A stretch of 64,000 nucleotides of DNA, taken from the IMG/VR virus record IMGVR_UViG_3300025030_001854, positions 32,001 to 96,000 of that record; one strand, written 5' to 3'. Of the stretch, positions 44,895 through 55,135 are shown one piece after another (positions within the stretch are counted from its first letter, which is position 1; the number at the start of each line of letters is the position of its first letter). Source of the stretch: a virus. The notes below the pieces were generated by a model, which was not told the DNA's origin, ran no database searches, and saw nothing but the letters and a program-made list of their open reading frames with translations. A program made the translations under genes and the position numbers.

Positions 44895-46007
44895 ATGCGA
44901 AAATTAGCTTTACACCTACCTATTAATTCGGTTTCTTTTGGACAAGTATCTACATTGCTTTTAAGAACTATTTGGGAGAAGGAACAAAAAGGAGAATCTG
45001 ATATTAATTGGAATTTATTTCCGATTGATGTTATAGACCTTGGCTCTCAAACAGCATTACCACAAGAATTCGTTCAATGGTTACAACAGAAAATCGCTAA
45101 TTCAATGGAAACGTTTTCTAGAGATACTCCTATGTTTAAATTATGGCACTTAAACGGGAGCTTAGAATCTTTTTCTAGAAATCAAACGTTATTATCTTTT
45201 TACGAGTTGGATAATCCAACGAAAATAGAACTTAATATTGCAAGAAATAATAATAAATTATGTTTGTCTAGTCAGTATGCAGTTAACGTATTTAAGATAT
45301 ACGGCGTGGAGGCTAACTTTCTACCATTGGCATTTGATTCTTTTAATTTTAGGACTATCAATAAACAATTCCATACTGATGGAAGGATAGTATTTAATTT
45401 GTGTGGTAAACTCGAAAAACGAAAACATCATGCAAAAGTAATTCAAGCTTGGATTAAAAAATATGGTAACAATTCTAAATATGTTCTCCAATGCGCCGTA
45501 TATAATCCTTTCTTGGGGGAAAAGGGTAATAATGAGCTTCTTGGGCAAATATTAGGTGGAAATAAACCATTTAATGTAACATTTTATCCTCACATGAAAG
45601 AAAATCAAATCTATAATGAATTTCTTAATAGTGCTAATATCATTATTGGTATGTCTGGTGGTGAGGGTTGGGGGTTGCCTGAATTTCATTCTGTAGCTAT
45701 TGGTAAACATGCTATTTTATTAAATGCTCATGCTTATAAAACGTGGGCGACAAAAGATATGGTAACTATGGTTCAACCATCAGGAAAAATTTCCGCTGTA
45801 GATGGAATGTTTTTTAGACCAGGAGATGTTTGGAACCAGGGAAATATTTTTGATTGGAACGAAGAAGAATTTTTACAAGCTTGTGAAGAAGCGGTTATCA
45901 AATATCAAAAAAATCCAATAAACAAAGAAGGACTAACTTTACAAGAAAAATTCTCGAAAGATAAGTTTTTAGATTCTGTTATTTCTCTAACAGAGGCTCA
46001 ATCATGA
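44895..46007 (+). CDS. GT-B (family 4-like) glycosyltransferase
   Basis: GKLEKRK, SGGEGWGLPEF. Confidence 0.82.
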   Translation: MRKLALHLPINSVSFGQVSTLLLRTIWEKEQKGESDINWNLFPIDVIDLGSQTALPQEFVQWLQQKIANSMETFSRDTPMFKLWHLNGSLESFSRNQTLLSFYELDNPTKIELNIARNNNKLCLSSQYAVNVFKIYGVEANFLPLAFDSFNFRTINKQFHTDGRIVFNLCGKLEKRKHHAKVIQAWIKKYGNNSKYVLQCAVYNPFLGEKGNNELLGQILGGNKPFNVTFYPHMKENQIYNEFLNSANIIIGMSGGEGWGLPEFHSVAIGKHAILLNAHAYKTWATKDMVTMVQPSGKISAVDGMFFRPGDVWNQGNIFDWNEEEFLQACEEAVIKYQKNPINKEGLTLQEKFSKDKFLDSVISLTEAQS

Positions 46008-46711
46008 ACCCCCCATTAATATCTTTAAGAAACTTTTCTAGTGACCAATATATTCTTGATAAAGTATTTTATCATAATTGTTATAGACTTCCACATTTTA
46101 ATAAAGAGTCTTCTACTCAAGATAAAGTTGTTGTAGATATCGGCGCTCATGCAGGATATTTTTCTGTTACGGCTTTATTTCTGGGATATAAAGTTTATGC
46201 TTTTGAGCCGGTCGTAGATAATTTATCAGTTTTATTAGAAAATACATCTAAGCATATAAACTCTTCTGTTTTTGTATTTCCAGTTGGGGTTTCTACTAAT
46301 AATTCTAATATTCAGTTATTAAATAAACCAGTTCTTAATAATTCGATGTTTGATTTTGCTTATTTGTCAGAAAATCTAACACAAACACATGTTCCTGAAG
46401 ATTCATATCCAATTTCAGTATTCTCATTAGCTTCATTGTTGAGAGTTTTTGTATCTAATCATATGATTGATTATTTAAAAATCAATCTAGGATATGGAGA
46501 AGCATTTGCATTAACTAATCATAAAGATTTTTCTATTGTTAGTAATATTTGTGGAGAATTTAGTTTAAGTGAGATTTCTTCTGAAGGACTTTCATCTTTT
46601 CTGAAAAGCGTCGGCTTCACAAATGTTTTAGTGGAGCCAATTAATGATGATTCTAGAGCTTTATTTTTTGCTTCTAAGGGAAAATTAGAAGACGCTTTTA
46701 TTACTTCATAA
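46004..46711 (+). CDS. FkbM-family methyltransferase
   Basis: VVDIGAHAGYFS, VYAFEP. Confidence 0.8.
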   Translation: MNPPLISLRNFSSDQYILDKVFYHNCYRLPHFNKESSTQDKVVVDIGAHAGYFSVTALFLGYKVYAFEPVVDNLSVLLENTSKHINSSVFVFPVGVSTNNSNIQLLNKPVLNNSMFDFAYLSENLTQTHVPEDSYPISVFSLASLLRVFVSNHMIDYLKINLGYGEAFALTNHKDFSIVSNICGEFSLSEISSEGLSSFLKSVGFTNVLVEPINDDSRALFFASKGKLEDAFITS

Positions 46712-46716
46712 TTTAT

Positions 46717-47046
46717 ATGGGACTATATTTATATCAAAATCCAAACACAAAAGAGATTATTGAAGTCGTTCAAAAAATGAATGACGAGCATACGTTTTTT
46801 AAAGATGGAATAAATTGGATAAGATTATTTACTTCTCCATGTCCAAAAATCGGAATTAATCCATTTTCTCAAGAAGACTGGAATAATCAAACTCGTAATA
46901 CCAGGGGAACTATCGGAGATTTATGGGATAAATCGGCTGAATTATCAGAAAAAAGAGCTAAAAAAAGCGGTGGTATAGACCCAATTAAACAAAAAACTGC
47001 CGAAGCTTACAGAAAGAAAACTGGTAAACCTCATCCACACGAATAA
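46717..47046 (+). CDS. FmdB-like small protein
   Basis: MGLYLYQNP..EVVQKMN; GTIGDLWDKS. Confidence 0.5.
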   Translation: MGLYLYQNPNTKEIIEVVQKMNDEHTFFKDGINWIRLFTSPCPKIGINPFSQEDWNNQTRNTRGTIGDLWDKSAELSEKRAKKSGGIDPIKQKTAEAYRKKTGKPHPHE

Positions 47047-47885
47047 TGAAAACTCTACAGAATTGCGGAAAATTGATAGTTAAAGAATCCCCAATAGAAG
47101 GATTTGGGGTCTTTGCCACAGAAGACATTCAAAAAGGGACTATTCTTGAAGAAGTTCCTTTTGTTACCATTCCAAATTGGGCATCCTTTGGTAAAGCGTT
47201 ATATGATTTTTTATCAACATCTGAATGGATGGGTGATAAAGTAAAATATACAGAAAATTTAAGAAAAAACTTGGGTTTTAAAGACCCAGAAAAATACTAT
47301 TTTAAATGGTTTCCCCAGCATCAATTAGATAAGAGTCAAATTTCTTATACAGTTCTTCCTTTAGGATTTGGATGTATTTATAATAGTTCTAATACCCAGA
47401 ACAACGCGGGTTGGGTTATTAAAGATAGTCTTTTTATATTTAAAGCAGAAAAGGATATTCAAAAAGATGAAGAGGTAAAAACGTTTTATGGATATTTTTT
47501 AAGTGAAAATGGAACAATATTTAATTGCGATAATGTATTTAATATTGGATTAGATATCATTAACGGAACTCTTAAATTAAAAATGTTTAGATTTAGTTCT
47601 ATTGAAGTTTTTGAGGCAAGTCGGGTCCATCCAACATATATTCGTGGTCAAAAAATGTTAGCAGATTCTAAAGACGGACTTTCAATTAAAAAAATATCTT
47701 CGTCTAACTCTCCTACTGAAGACCAACAAGCAGTAGATGTTCCAGAAGTTGCTACACTACAGGATGTATATACAAGATTATCTGAATGTAAGAACCTTCC
47801 TAGAACTTTCTCTAGAATTCATATTGAATATACTAATAGAGAAGGAGAAATAGTTAAAGACGTTTTAGTATTTAAAAATTCTTGA
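47046..47885 (+). CDS. SET-domain protein
   Basis: SPIEGFGVFATEDI, GCIYNSS, AEKDIQKDEEVKTFYG. Confidence 0.8.
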   Translation: MKTLQNCGKLIVKESPIEGFGVFATEDIQKGTILEEVPFVTIPNWASFGKALYDFLSTSEWMGDKVKYTENLRKNLGFKDPEKYYFKWFPQHQLDKSQISYTVLPLGFGCIYNSSNTQNNAGWVIKDSLFIFKAEKDIQKDEEVKTFYGYFLSENGTIFNCDNVFNIGLDIINGTLKLKMFRFSSIEVFEASRVHPTYIRGQKMLADSKDGLSIKKISSSNSPTEDQQAVDVPEVATLQDVYTRLSECKNLPRTFSRIHIEYTNREGEIVKDVLVFKNS

Positions 47886-48558
47886 TATCTTCGTGGTTTT
47901 TGTATTTGTATATTATTTCTATCCATTTAAAAAATTCTTTTTCATTCATATTCATTTTCATGGATTGTAAATCTTTGTGAATCCATTGTATATTATCTAA
48001 TTCATAACCCTTAGAGGAATCTATTCTATCTAAAGATGCAGTTTGGTTTTTGTAATTTTTATAATTAATTTCTAAATTTATCGGTTCTCCAGATAAAGCA
48101 CATTTTCCAAATTGTTTCTCAAACTGCTTCCAAGCATCTTTTATTGTTATATTGAAAGATAAATTTCGATGTTTCGCCCCACTTTTTACTCTCCAAAAAT
48201 AGCTTCCATTTATTTTCCCATATCTCGTTAATTTTAAACATCCACAACTTTTACATTCTCCATTTTTTAAATTTCTTAGTCTAACGATTTTAATGTTTCC
48301 ACAATCACAAAGACATTCCCATTTAGACATATTATCTACTGAATTTTTAACTCTTGATTTAATAATAAGTTTTCCGTATCGTAAACCTATATATTTTTTT
48401 AATGCTTCTTGAATATGCTCGTCACTGTTTCTAATTGGTATATTAAACTTTTTTAAATAATTTAATACCGTTGAATAACTTACTTTTAATTGAAAGGCAA
48501 TATTCTTGCTACTGAGTTTTTGATTAATATATAATTCGTATAATAAATTTTTATCCAT
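47872..48558 (-). CDS. HTH + HNH-like homing endonuclease, antisense insertion
   Basis: WECLCDCGN..KSCGC; CALSG..ASLDRIDSSKGYELDNIQW. Confidence 0.85.
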   Translation of the reverse strand: MDKNLLYELYINQKLSSKNIAFQLKVSYSTVLNYLKKFNIPIRNSDEHIQEALKKYIGLRYGKLIIKSRVKNSVDNMSKWECLCDCGNIKIVRLRNLKNGECKSCGCLKLTRYGKINGSYFWRVKSGAKHRNLSFNITIKDAWKQFEKQFGKCALSGEPINLEINYKNYKNQTASLDRIDSSKGYELDNIQWIHKDLQSMKMNMNEKEFFKWIEIIYKYKNHEDIKNF

Positions 48559-48635
48559 ATATGTAAATAATTACACTAATTAATTCCATCAAGTGAATAA
48601 ATATCATCAGATTTCCCTCAAACTACTATAATAGT

Positions 48636-49382
48636 TTGAGGTTTTTTGTTATGAATTTTACTTTATTTTTAAATTCCAGAGGAAGAGTTGAGCAGCTTAA
48701 AAGATTTATTGAAGTGGTCGAAAATGTTACAATTAATTTAGCAGAAACAGAATTAATAATTACAGGCGATAATGATGACCAAGAAACCGTAGAATTTTTA
48801 AATTCTCTAAATTCTAGAAAAACTCTTATTTTTAATCCCATAATCGGAGATAGACCAAAAAGTTTATGCGGCTCATATAATAATATGGCAAATAGAGCTA
48901 GCGGGAAATATCTATTTGTAATGAACGATGATGCTGAAATATTGACTATGGGTTGGGATGAAATTGCATTAAAGAAAATTTCCGACTTTAAAAAAGAAAA
49001 AAATATTAAAGATGATATAATTTTTGGCGTTACTTCTGATACAAGTGTCGATAAGGCCCACACAAAAGAATACCCATCTTTTCCAATTATTAGTAAACAA
49101 GCAGTAAACGTTCTTGGATTTTTTATGCACGATAATTTTGTTGGTTTAGGTGGAGATAGTTCTATTTATCGCGTATATCAAGAGTCTCAACGATTAGTAG
49201 ATATGACCGCAATAGTAGTAGACCATATTTACCATAATACTATTTATAAAGTAATGGCTCCAGATAAAACTGCTGCTGAGATGAGAATGAATTCTGCCGT
49301 TAATCCAGTTGACCCATTTTCTTTTGATGTATCAGATGATGTTAAAAAACTACAAGATTTTATTAAAGCTACCAACAAATAA
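48636..49382 (+). CDS. GT-A (family 2-like) glycosyltransferase
   Basis: ASGKYLFVMNDDA (DxD-like). Confidence 0.75.
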   Translation: MRFFVMNFTLFLNSRGRVEQLKRFIEVVENVTINLAETELIITGDNDDQETVEFLNSLNSRKTLIFNPIIGDRPKSLCGSYNNMANRASGKYLFVMNDDAEILTMGWDEIALKKISDFKKEKNIKDDIIFGVTSDTSVDKAHTKEYPSFPIISKQAVNVLGFFMHDNFVGLGGDSSIYRVYQESQRLVDMTAIVVDHIYHNTIYKVMAPDKTAAEMRMNSAVNPVDPFSFDVSDDVKKLQDFIKATNK

Positions 49383-49384
49383 AT

Positions 49385-49843
49385 ATGACTGAACAATCAT
49401 TAAATTGCGACAGAAGATATACCCATACATTTGCTGATTTGGTCGATAGACTAAGTATATGTATTCTAAAAAGTATTTTTATTCCATCAAATAAGAAAGC
49501 TTATGATGCGGAAATTCAAGACATAATGCACGATATCGACTTGATTATCTCACAAAAAAATGTTACTCTTAATGCAGAATCGGTAAGAGCCATACAAATC
49601 CTAATGCTTTCCAACCGATTTATTTGGGAAAATGAGAGTAAATGTAGAGCTGGGGAAAATCAAGACTTTTCTTTATTAAAAATTACACACTCAATCAATG
49701 GAGTTCGAAATACTGCGAGAAATGTATTGTCTAAAGAGATGGGTGAAAGATTAGACTTAAAAGTTGATTGTCTCGCCGCAGAATTACAAACTGATTTCCA
49801 AAATTGGAACTTATTTAATAATGAATCAACCACGAATAGTTAA
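49385..49843 (+). CDS. DUF4254-like helical protein
   Basis: ADLVDRLSI..K; NRFIWENE..R; N..RN. Confidence 0.5.
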   Translation: MTEQSLNCDRRYTHTFADLVDRLSICILKSIFIPSNKKAYDAEIQDIMHDIDLIISQKNVTLNAESVRAIQILMLSNRFIWENESKCRAGENQDFSLLKITHSINGVRNTARNVLSKEMGERLDLKVDCLAAELQTDFQNWNLFNNESTTNS

Positions 49844-50348
49844 TTATGACTTTTATATTAAAGGGGTTTTTGGATTAGAATTTGATTCTTTCAAAGATGA
49901 GCGTGGTTATAATTTTGAAGGATTTAATCATAATTACTTAAAAAGGATACCTGCTTTAGATTTAGTATTTAAAGTTGATTCTTTTTCAAAATCCCGAAAA
50001 TGGACATTAAGAGGTTTCCATGGAGACAAACAAAATCATAAATTAGTTCAATGCCTTTCTGGAAGAATTCAATTAATACTATTAGATGCAAGACCTAATA
50101 GTTCGTCTTATGGAAAGACATTAGATATTGGGGTGATTTCTGGAGCTTTACCGAAAGCTTTTATTCTACCTCCTGGAGTATTAAATGCTCACTTATGTTT
50201 AAGCGAAGAATGTATATTTTTTTATAAACTAACTTATGGTTATGTTCCAATAGCAGAACAAATTCATGTTAAATGGAACTCTCCAAACTATAATATTTCA
50301 TGGATTGGTAACTCAAAAGATTTTATATTATCAGAAAGAGACAAATAA
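49821..50348 (+). CDS. rmlC: dTDP-4-dehydrorhamnose 3,5-epimerase family
   Basis: FKDERGY, TLRGFH, KLVQC..G, DAR..S, PPGVLNAH. Confidence 0.85.
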   Translation: MNQPRIVNYDFYIKGVFGLEFDSFKDERGYNFEGFNHNYLKRIPALDLVFKVDSFSKSRKWTLRGFHGDKQNHKLVQCLSGRIQLILLDARPNSSSYGKTLDIGVISGALPKAFILPPGVLNAHLCLSEECIFFYKLTYGYVPIAEQIHVKWNSPNYNISWIGNSKDFILSERDK

Positions 50349-51311
50349 ATGATTATTTTAATAACTGGCGGAGCTGGATATTTAGGAACTATCTTAATAG
50401 AAACACTATTAAATTATAGAAATATAGGATTAATAAGTTTTAAAAAAATAGTAGTTTACGACAATTTACTGTATAAACAAGATGGTATATTTCCATTATT
50501 GTCTGATTCTTCCGTAGAATTCGTATTGGGTGATGTTAGAGATTATACTAAACTTCAAGGATATATACAGGAAGCAGATTATATTATTCCTTTGGCGGCT
50601 ATAGTTGGAGCCCCTGCTTGTGATAATGACCCAAAACTTGCAGAAGAAATTAATTACAGACAACTCTATTATATTTCTCAAAATTGTCCTTATCACTCAA
50701 GAATCATTGTTCCAAATACTAATTCTGGATATGGGGCGACTAAAGATGGACAGCCCTGTTCCGAAAAAAGTCCTTTACGTCCATTATCGGTATATGGTGT
50801 TACTAAATGTAATGGAGAAAAAGCGGTTATGGAATCTGGACATGGATGTGCTTTTAGATTAGCTACTGTTTTTGGAACATCATATAGGTTTCGTAAAGAT
50901 TTATTAGTTAACGATTTTGTCTTAAAAGCGATGACTGATAAATATATTGTTTTATTTGAAAGTCATTTTAAAAGAAATTTTATTCACATAAGAGATGTGG
51001 CTCATGCTTTTATTCGGGCAATGATGAATTGGGATTTATTTAAAAATGAAGTTTTTAATCTTGGATTATCTTCTGCTAATTTGTCAAAATTAGAATTATG
51101 TGAAGCTATAAAAAAACACATTCCAGATTTTGTTATTAAACAAGATGATTTCGCTAAAGATAAAGATAAAAGAAACTATATCGTCTCCAATAAGAAGCTT
51201 GAAAATGCCGGATGGACTGCTCTTAATAGCTTAGATGATGGTATTCAAGAACTTATAAAAGCTTATCCAGTATTAATAAATTCTGGTCTTACAACATATA
51301 CGAATTTATAA
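50349..51311 (+). CDS. NAD-dependent epimerase/dehydratase
   Basis: GGAGYLG, YGVTK, RLATVFG. Confidence 0.9.
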   Translation: MIILITGGAGYLGTILIETLLNYRNIGLISFKKIVVYDNLLYKQDGIFPLLSDSSVEFVLGDVRDYTKLQGYIQEADYIIPLAAIVGAPACDNDPKLAEEINYRQLYYISQNCPYHSRIIVPNTNSGYGATKDGQPCSEKSPLRPLSVYGVTKCNGEKAVMESGHGCAFRLATVFGTSYRFRKDLLVNDFVLKAMTDKYIVLFESHFKRNFIHIRDVAHAFIRAMMNWDLFKNEVFNLGLSSANLSKLELCEAIKKHIPDFVIKQDDFAKDKDKRNYIVSNKKLENAGWTALNSLDDGIQELIKAYPVLINSGLTTYTNL

Positions 51312-51314
51312 AAT

Positions 51315-51938
51315 ATGATAACAAATTTAACAAAACAAAACCTCATAGATTTTGAGGAAGACATTGCTCAATGTTTTAATCAGAAGATGATTAAAGCTCC
51401 CATTCATCTTTATTCAAATAACGAAGAAGAAATGATTAACGTTTTTCAAGAAATTCGTCCTCAAGATTGGGTTTTTTCTGCTTGGCGAAGTCATTATCAA
51501 TGTTTATTAAAAGGAGTTCCCCCAGAACAATTAAAACAAGCTATTCTTGATGGAAAATCTATTTCTTTATCCTTTCCATCTTATAAGATATTCTGTTCTG
51601 CTATAGTTGGGGGCTCGGTTCCCATTGCTGTCGGAACAGCCCTAGCTATTAAAAGACAAGGATTAGATGAAAAAGTTTATTGTTTTGTGGGAGATATGAC
51701 TTCTGAGACAGGTATTATGTGGGAGAGCTTAAAATATAGTATTTCTTACGATTTACCTATTGTGTTTATTGTGGAAGATAATGGACTTTCTGTATGCACT
51801 GATACAAGAAAAACTTGGAATATGGAAATCCTTACTTTTGAATATCAGCTTCCAAAGTCTTCTAAAAAATACATAAGATATTATAAATACAAAAACAAAT
51901 GGCCACATGCCGGTTCTGGGTCACGAATTCAATTTTAA
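51315..51938 (+). CDS. TPP-dependent dehydrogenase E1 alpha-like subunit
   Basis: WRSHY, SAIVGG, GDMT..EDN, WPHAG. Confidence 0.85.
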   Translation: MITNLTKQNLIDFEEDIAQCFNQKMIKAPIHLYSNNEEEMINVFQEIRPQDWVFSAWRSHYQCLLKGVPPEQLKQAILDGKSISLSFPSYKIFCSAIVGGSVPIAVGTALAIKRQGLDEKVYCFVGDMTSETGIMWESLKYSISYDLPIVFIVEDNGLSVCTDTRKTWNMEILTFEYQLPKSSKKYIRYYKYKNKWPHAGSGSRIQF

Positions 51939-52708
51939 TGAAAACTTCATATATTTTAGCAACTAACAAAGACTTGGGATTTAGTCAAGATACAATTATT
52001 TCTATTTTATCGTTACCAAAACACGATATGGAACTAATAGTCTGTTGTCCACAATCGTCTATACATCCACAACACGAAGATTTTTTAAAACGATATAATA
52101 TAAAAATAATTATAGACAAAGAATGTTCTGGAAGCATTTTCGCATTTAATTACGCATATTCGTTTACTGATGGAGATTATATAGCTATGATGATAGAAGA
52201 TATAATCCTTCCTCCTAATTATTTAGATATGCAAGCTTGGATGGAATCGGATTTTATGAAACAAAAACGTTTCAAAATATCTAATACATTATGGGATGCT
52301 GGCCCTGGATTATTAATGTATGGACATCATGACCCAAACGCCATTGATGGAGACGAAAGATTTAGATGGCCAATTACTGCTCCACATTTATGTATTAATC
52401 CTGCTTATACTCCATATGCTGTAATTCCTCTTCCATTTTTTTTAAGAGAAACTGTTGAGAAAGAACTCCAAGGATATCTTTTTCATCCCAAAATTAAACA
52501 TCATTTTCCAGACCATTGGTTAGGATTTTTTATATCTAAACAAGAACCATTCGAACCATTTAAATGGAGATGCCCAACGGTTCAATATCAAGTAAATACT
52601 AAATACTCTTTTCCTTATGATTGGTCAACTAATAACTATGACATGAAAATTGTCGCCCAGCTAGCAGAAGACTTTATGGCAGGACAACAACTTTACGTCA
52701 ATCCTTAA
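51938..52708 (+). CDS. glycosyltransferase-like protein
   Basis: AFNYAYSFTDGDYIAMMIED. Confidence 0.6.
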   Translation: MKTSYILATNKDLGFSQDTIISILSLPKHDMELIVCCPQSSIHPQHEDFLKRYNIKIIIDKECSGSIFAFNYAYSFTDGDYIAMMIEDIILPPNYLDMQAWMESDFMKQKRFKISNTLWDAGPGLLMYGHHDPNAIDGDERFRWPITAPHLCINPAYTPYAVIPLPFFLRETVEKELQGYLFHPKIKHHFPDHWLGFFISKQEPFEPFKWRCPTVQYQVNTKYSFPYDWSTNNYDMKIVAQLAEDFMAGQQLYVNP

Positions 52709-52709
52709 T

Positions 52710-53240
52710 ATGAGATATTTCAACGAATTAAAAAAATCAATGGAGTTTTTAGCCGATAACCCAAAAACCATATTTTTGGGGCAGGCTGTTATTTATGCTG
52801 GAACTGCGATAAGTAACACATTAAAAGATATTCCTGAATATAAACGAATAGAATTTCCGGTAAATGAAGAATTGCAAGCTGGTGTTTCTAATGGTTTAGC
52901 TTTAGCCGGACTTATTCCTGTTAGTATATTTCCAAGATGGAATTTCCTACTTCTTGCCACAAATCAAATAGTCAATCATCTTGATAAATTTCCTATTTTT
53001 TCTGGATATAAAACCAAGGTTATTATAAGAACAAGTATTGGCTCTGAAAGACCATTACATCCTCAGTATCAACATGTTGGAGATTTTTCAGATGCCTTTA
53101 GATTAATGTGTCCTAACATTGAGGTTATTCGATTAGATGAACCAGAACAGATATTTCTATCATATAAAAAGGCTCTAGAAAGAGAAGACGGAAAATCTAC
53201 TATTTTAGTAGAATATGGAGATTTTTATAATGAAAAATAA
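52710..53240 (+). CDS. TPP-dependent E1 beta / transketolase pyrimidine-binding subunit
   Basis: EFPVNEE..G..GLAL, NQIVNHLDK, PQYQH. Confidence 0.85.
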   Translation: MRYFNELKKSMEFLADNPKTIFLGQAVIYAGTAISNTLKDIPEYKRIEFPVNEELQAGVSNGLALAGLIPVSIFPRWNFLLLATNQIVNHLDKFPIFSGYKTKVIIRTSIGSERPLHPQYQHVGDFSDAFRLMCPNIEVIRLDEPEQIFLSYKKALEREDGKSTILVEYGDFYNEK

Positions 53241-54180
53241 TGTCTTATTTGTAACCGAAAAATGGGCCGATGGTAATCCTAATTTTGGATTTACTCATAC
53301 AATGACTGATATTTTTAATACATTCAGTCAAACCCAAAGAAACTATAATTTTAACACCCTTCATATTGACGAAGCTGGAGTTGTTTTTGGAAAGCATGTA
53401 GATGATATCCTTCCTCGCTATTGCCTTAGTTGGGATATAAAAATAGTTATTGTTTCTCTTTTGGGGAACTCCCCAATGAATCCTTCTCTGGAATGCTTTC
53501 AAAAACTTAAACAATTAGGAATTTTTATTTGCTTCTTATGGTGCGATAGTAACCCAAATGATTTGGCTCTCATTAATTATTTAAGACCAATTACAGACAT
53601 TAATGTTTTCATGGATGCTTCTTATATTCCCGAAAGAAAATATGAAGAAAACGATTTAGTATTATGGACCCCGCTTGATTCAAATCTTTTTTATCCAGAT
53701 GATAAAACTAGAGAAGTCTCATTCGTAGGACGCCTTTATCCATACAGAGAGGCATCAATGTCTATGCTTTCAGAAGTTTATCCTAAAGCTATAGTGAAAA
53801 GTGGGCAAAGAGAACATCGTTTGTCTTTCGAGGAATACGCCCAAATCACTAGAGAATCGCAAATAATAGTAAATTTTTCATATCACCCACTTGGTTATCA
53901 CCAAGTAAAAGGAAGAGTATTTGAGGCCACAGCTAGTAATTGTTTACTATTAGAGTCAGATAATCCAGCAACCGAAAAATTATTCATTCCCAATAAAGAA
54001 TATGTTCCATTTATTTCCCCTAAAGATTTATTAGATAAAGTCAATTACTATTTAGAGAACGAGGAGGAAAGATTAAAGATAGCTCAATCGGGACATGAAG
54101 CTTATCAACAGCGTTTTAACATTACAATTTTTTGGAATAAAATAATGTCTCGCGCAGAATCATATTTAAACAATGACTAA
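53215..54180 (+). CDS. CgeB/YkvP-like glycosyltransferase
   Basis: VSFVG, KGRVFEA, C-terminal IA..GH. Confidence 0.8.
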   Translation: MEIFIMKNNVLFVTEKWADGNPNFGFTHTMTDIFNTFSQTQRNYNFNTLHIDEAGVVFGKHVDDILPRYCLSWDIKIVIVSLLGNSPMNPSLECFQKLKQLGIFICFLWCDSNPNDLALINYLRPITDINVFMDASYIPERKYEENDLVLWTPLDSNLFYPDDKTREVSFVGRLYPYREASMSMLSEVYPKAIVKSGQREHRLSFEEYAQITRESQIIVNFSYHPLGYHQVKGRVFEATASNCLLLESDNPATEKLFIPNKEYVPFISPKDLLDKVNYYLENEEERLKIAQSGHEAYQQRFNITIFWNKIMSRAESYLNND

Positions 54181-55135
54181 AGTTTTAATGTTAAGTGCTA
54201 AATGGTGCGACGGAAATCCTAGCTTAGGACTTTCAAATGATTTTCATAATGTATTTAATAGTTTTAGACAGAGTTTTTCAGAAATTCAATATGATATTTT
54301 ATTTTATGATGAATGCTTAATTACATATTCTTCTCATATAAATGATATACTATTGAACTATTGTGAAAAAAATAACGTCACCACCATAATTGTTTCGTTG
54401 ATGGGTAACAGTCATTTAAATCCGTCTATTGAGTTATTAGCTCAACTTAAAAATCTTGGATATAAAGTATGCATTATTTGGCCCGACACGGGTCCAACTT
54501 GGGGTATGCAAACGATGGCAGCTATTGGGGAAAAAGTTAGTCTTCATGTTTCTTGGGATAATCCTCGCTCTCAGTTTCATGATAATACACCTAGAGTTAG
54601 TAATTATTTAAATTTGTGGACTCCAGAAGACAATACTCTATTTAGATTTTTAGATTTTGACAAGAAAGATATTGATGTAAGTTTTCTTGGAAGCACAGAT
54701 AAATATCACGATAGATTATTTTTCTTGAATCATCTGAAAAAGTTTGCTAACATTTATATTAGCGGTGGACAGAGAGATAAACGTCTTTCTCCAGAACAAT
54801 ACGCTGATATTACACGAAGAAGCAAAATAGGAATTAATTTTGCTCTTAGCCAAACAGGGGTATTTTGGCAAGCAAAAGGCCGAATATTCGAATATACTAT
54901 GAGCGGAGCTTTATTATTAGATTTAGCCAATCCATCAACAAAAGATTTTTTTACTCCAGGTGAAGATTTTATAGAATTTGTGAATATTGAAGATTTAATT
55001 AACAAAATCTCCTATTATCTTAATAATAAAGATGATAGAGAAAAGATAGCTCTGCAAGGACATAAAACTTGTTTATCTAAATACTCTTCTTATAAATATT
55101 GGGAGGCGATATTAAAGACAATGAATTCTATATGA
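54173..55135 (+). CDS. CgeB/YkvP-like glycosyltransferase (paralog of the preceding gene)
   Basis: KWCDGNP, DVSFLGS, KGRIFE. Confidence 0.8.
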   Translation: MTKVLMLSAKWCDGNPSLGLSNDFHNVFNSFRQSFSEIQYDILFYDECLITYSSHINDILLNYCEKNNVTTIIVSLMGNSHLNPSIELLAQLKNLGYKVCIIWPDTGPTWGMQTMAAIGEKVSLHVSWDNPRSQFHDNTPRVSNYLNLWTPEDNTLFRFLDFDKKDIDVSFLGSTDKYHDRLFFLNHLKKFANIYISGGQRDKRLSPEQYADITRRSKIGINFALSQTGVFWQAKGRIFEYTMSGALLLDLANPSTKDFFTPGEDFIEFVNIEDLINKISYYLNNKDDREKIALQGHKTCLSKYSSYKYWEAILKTMNSI

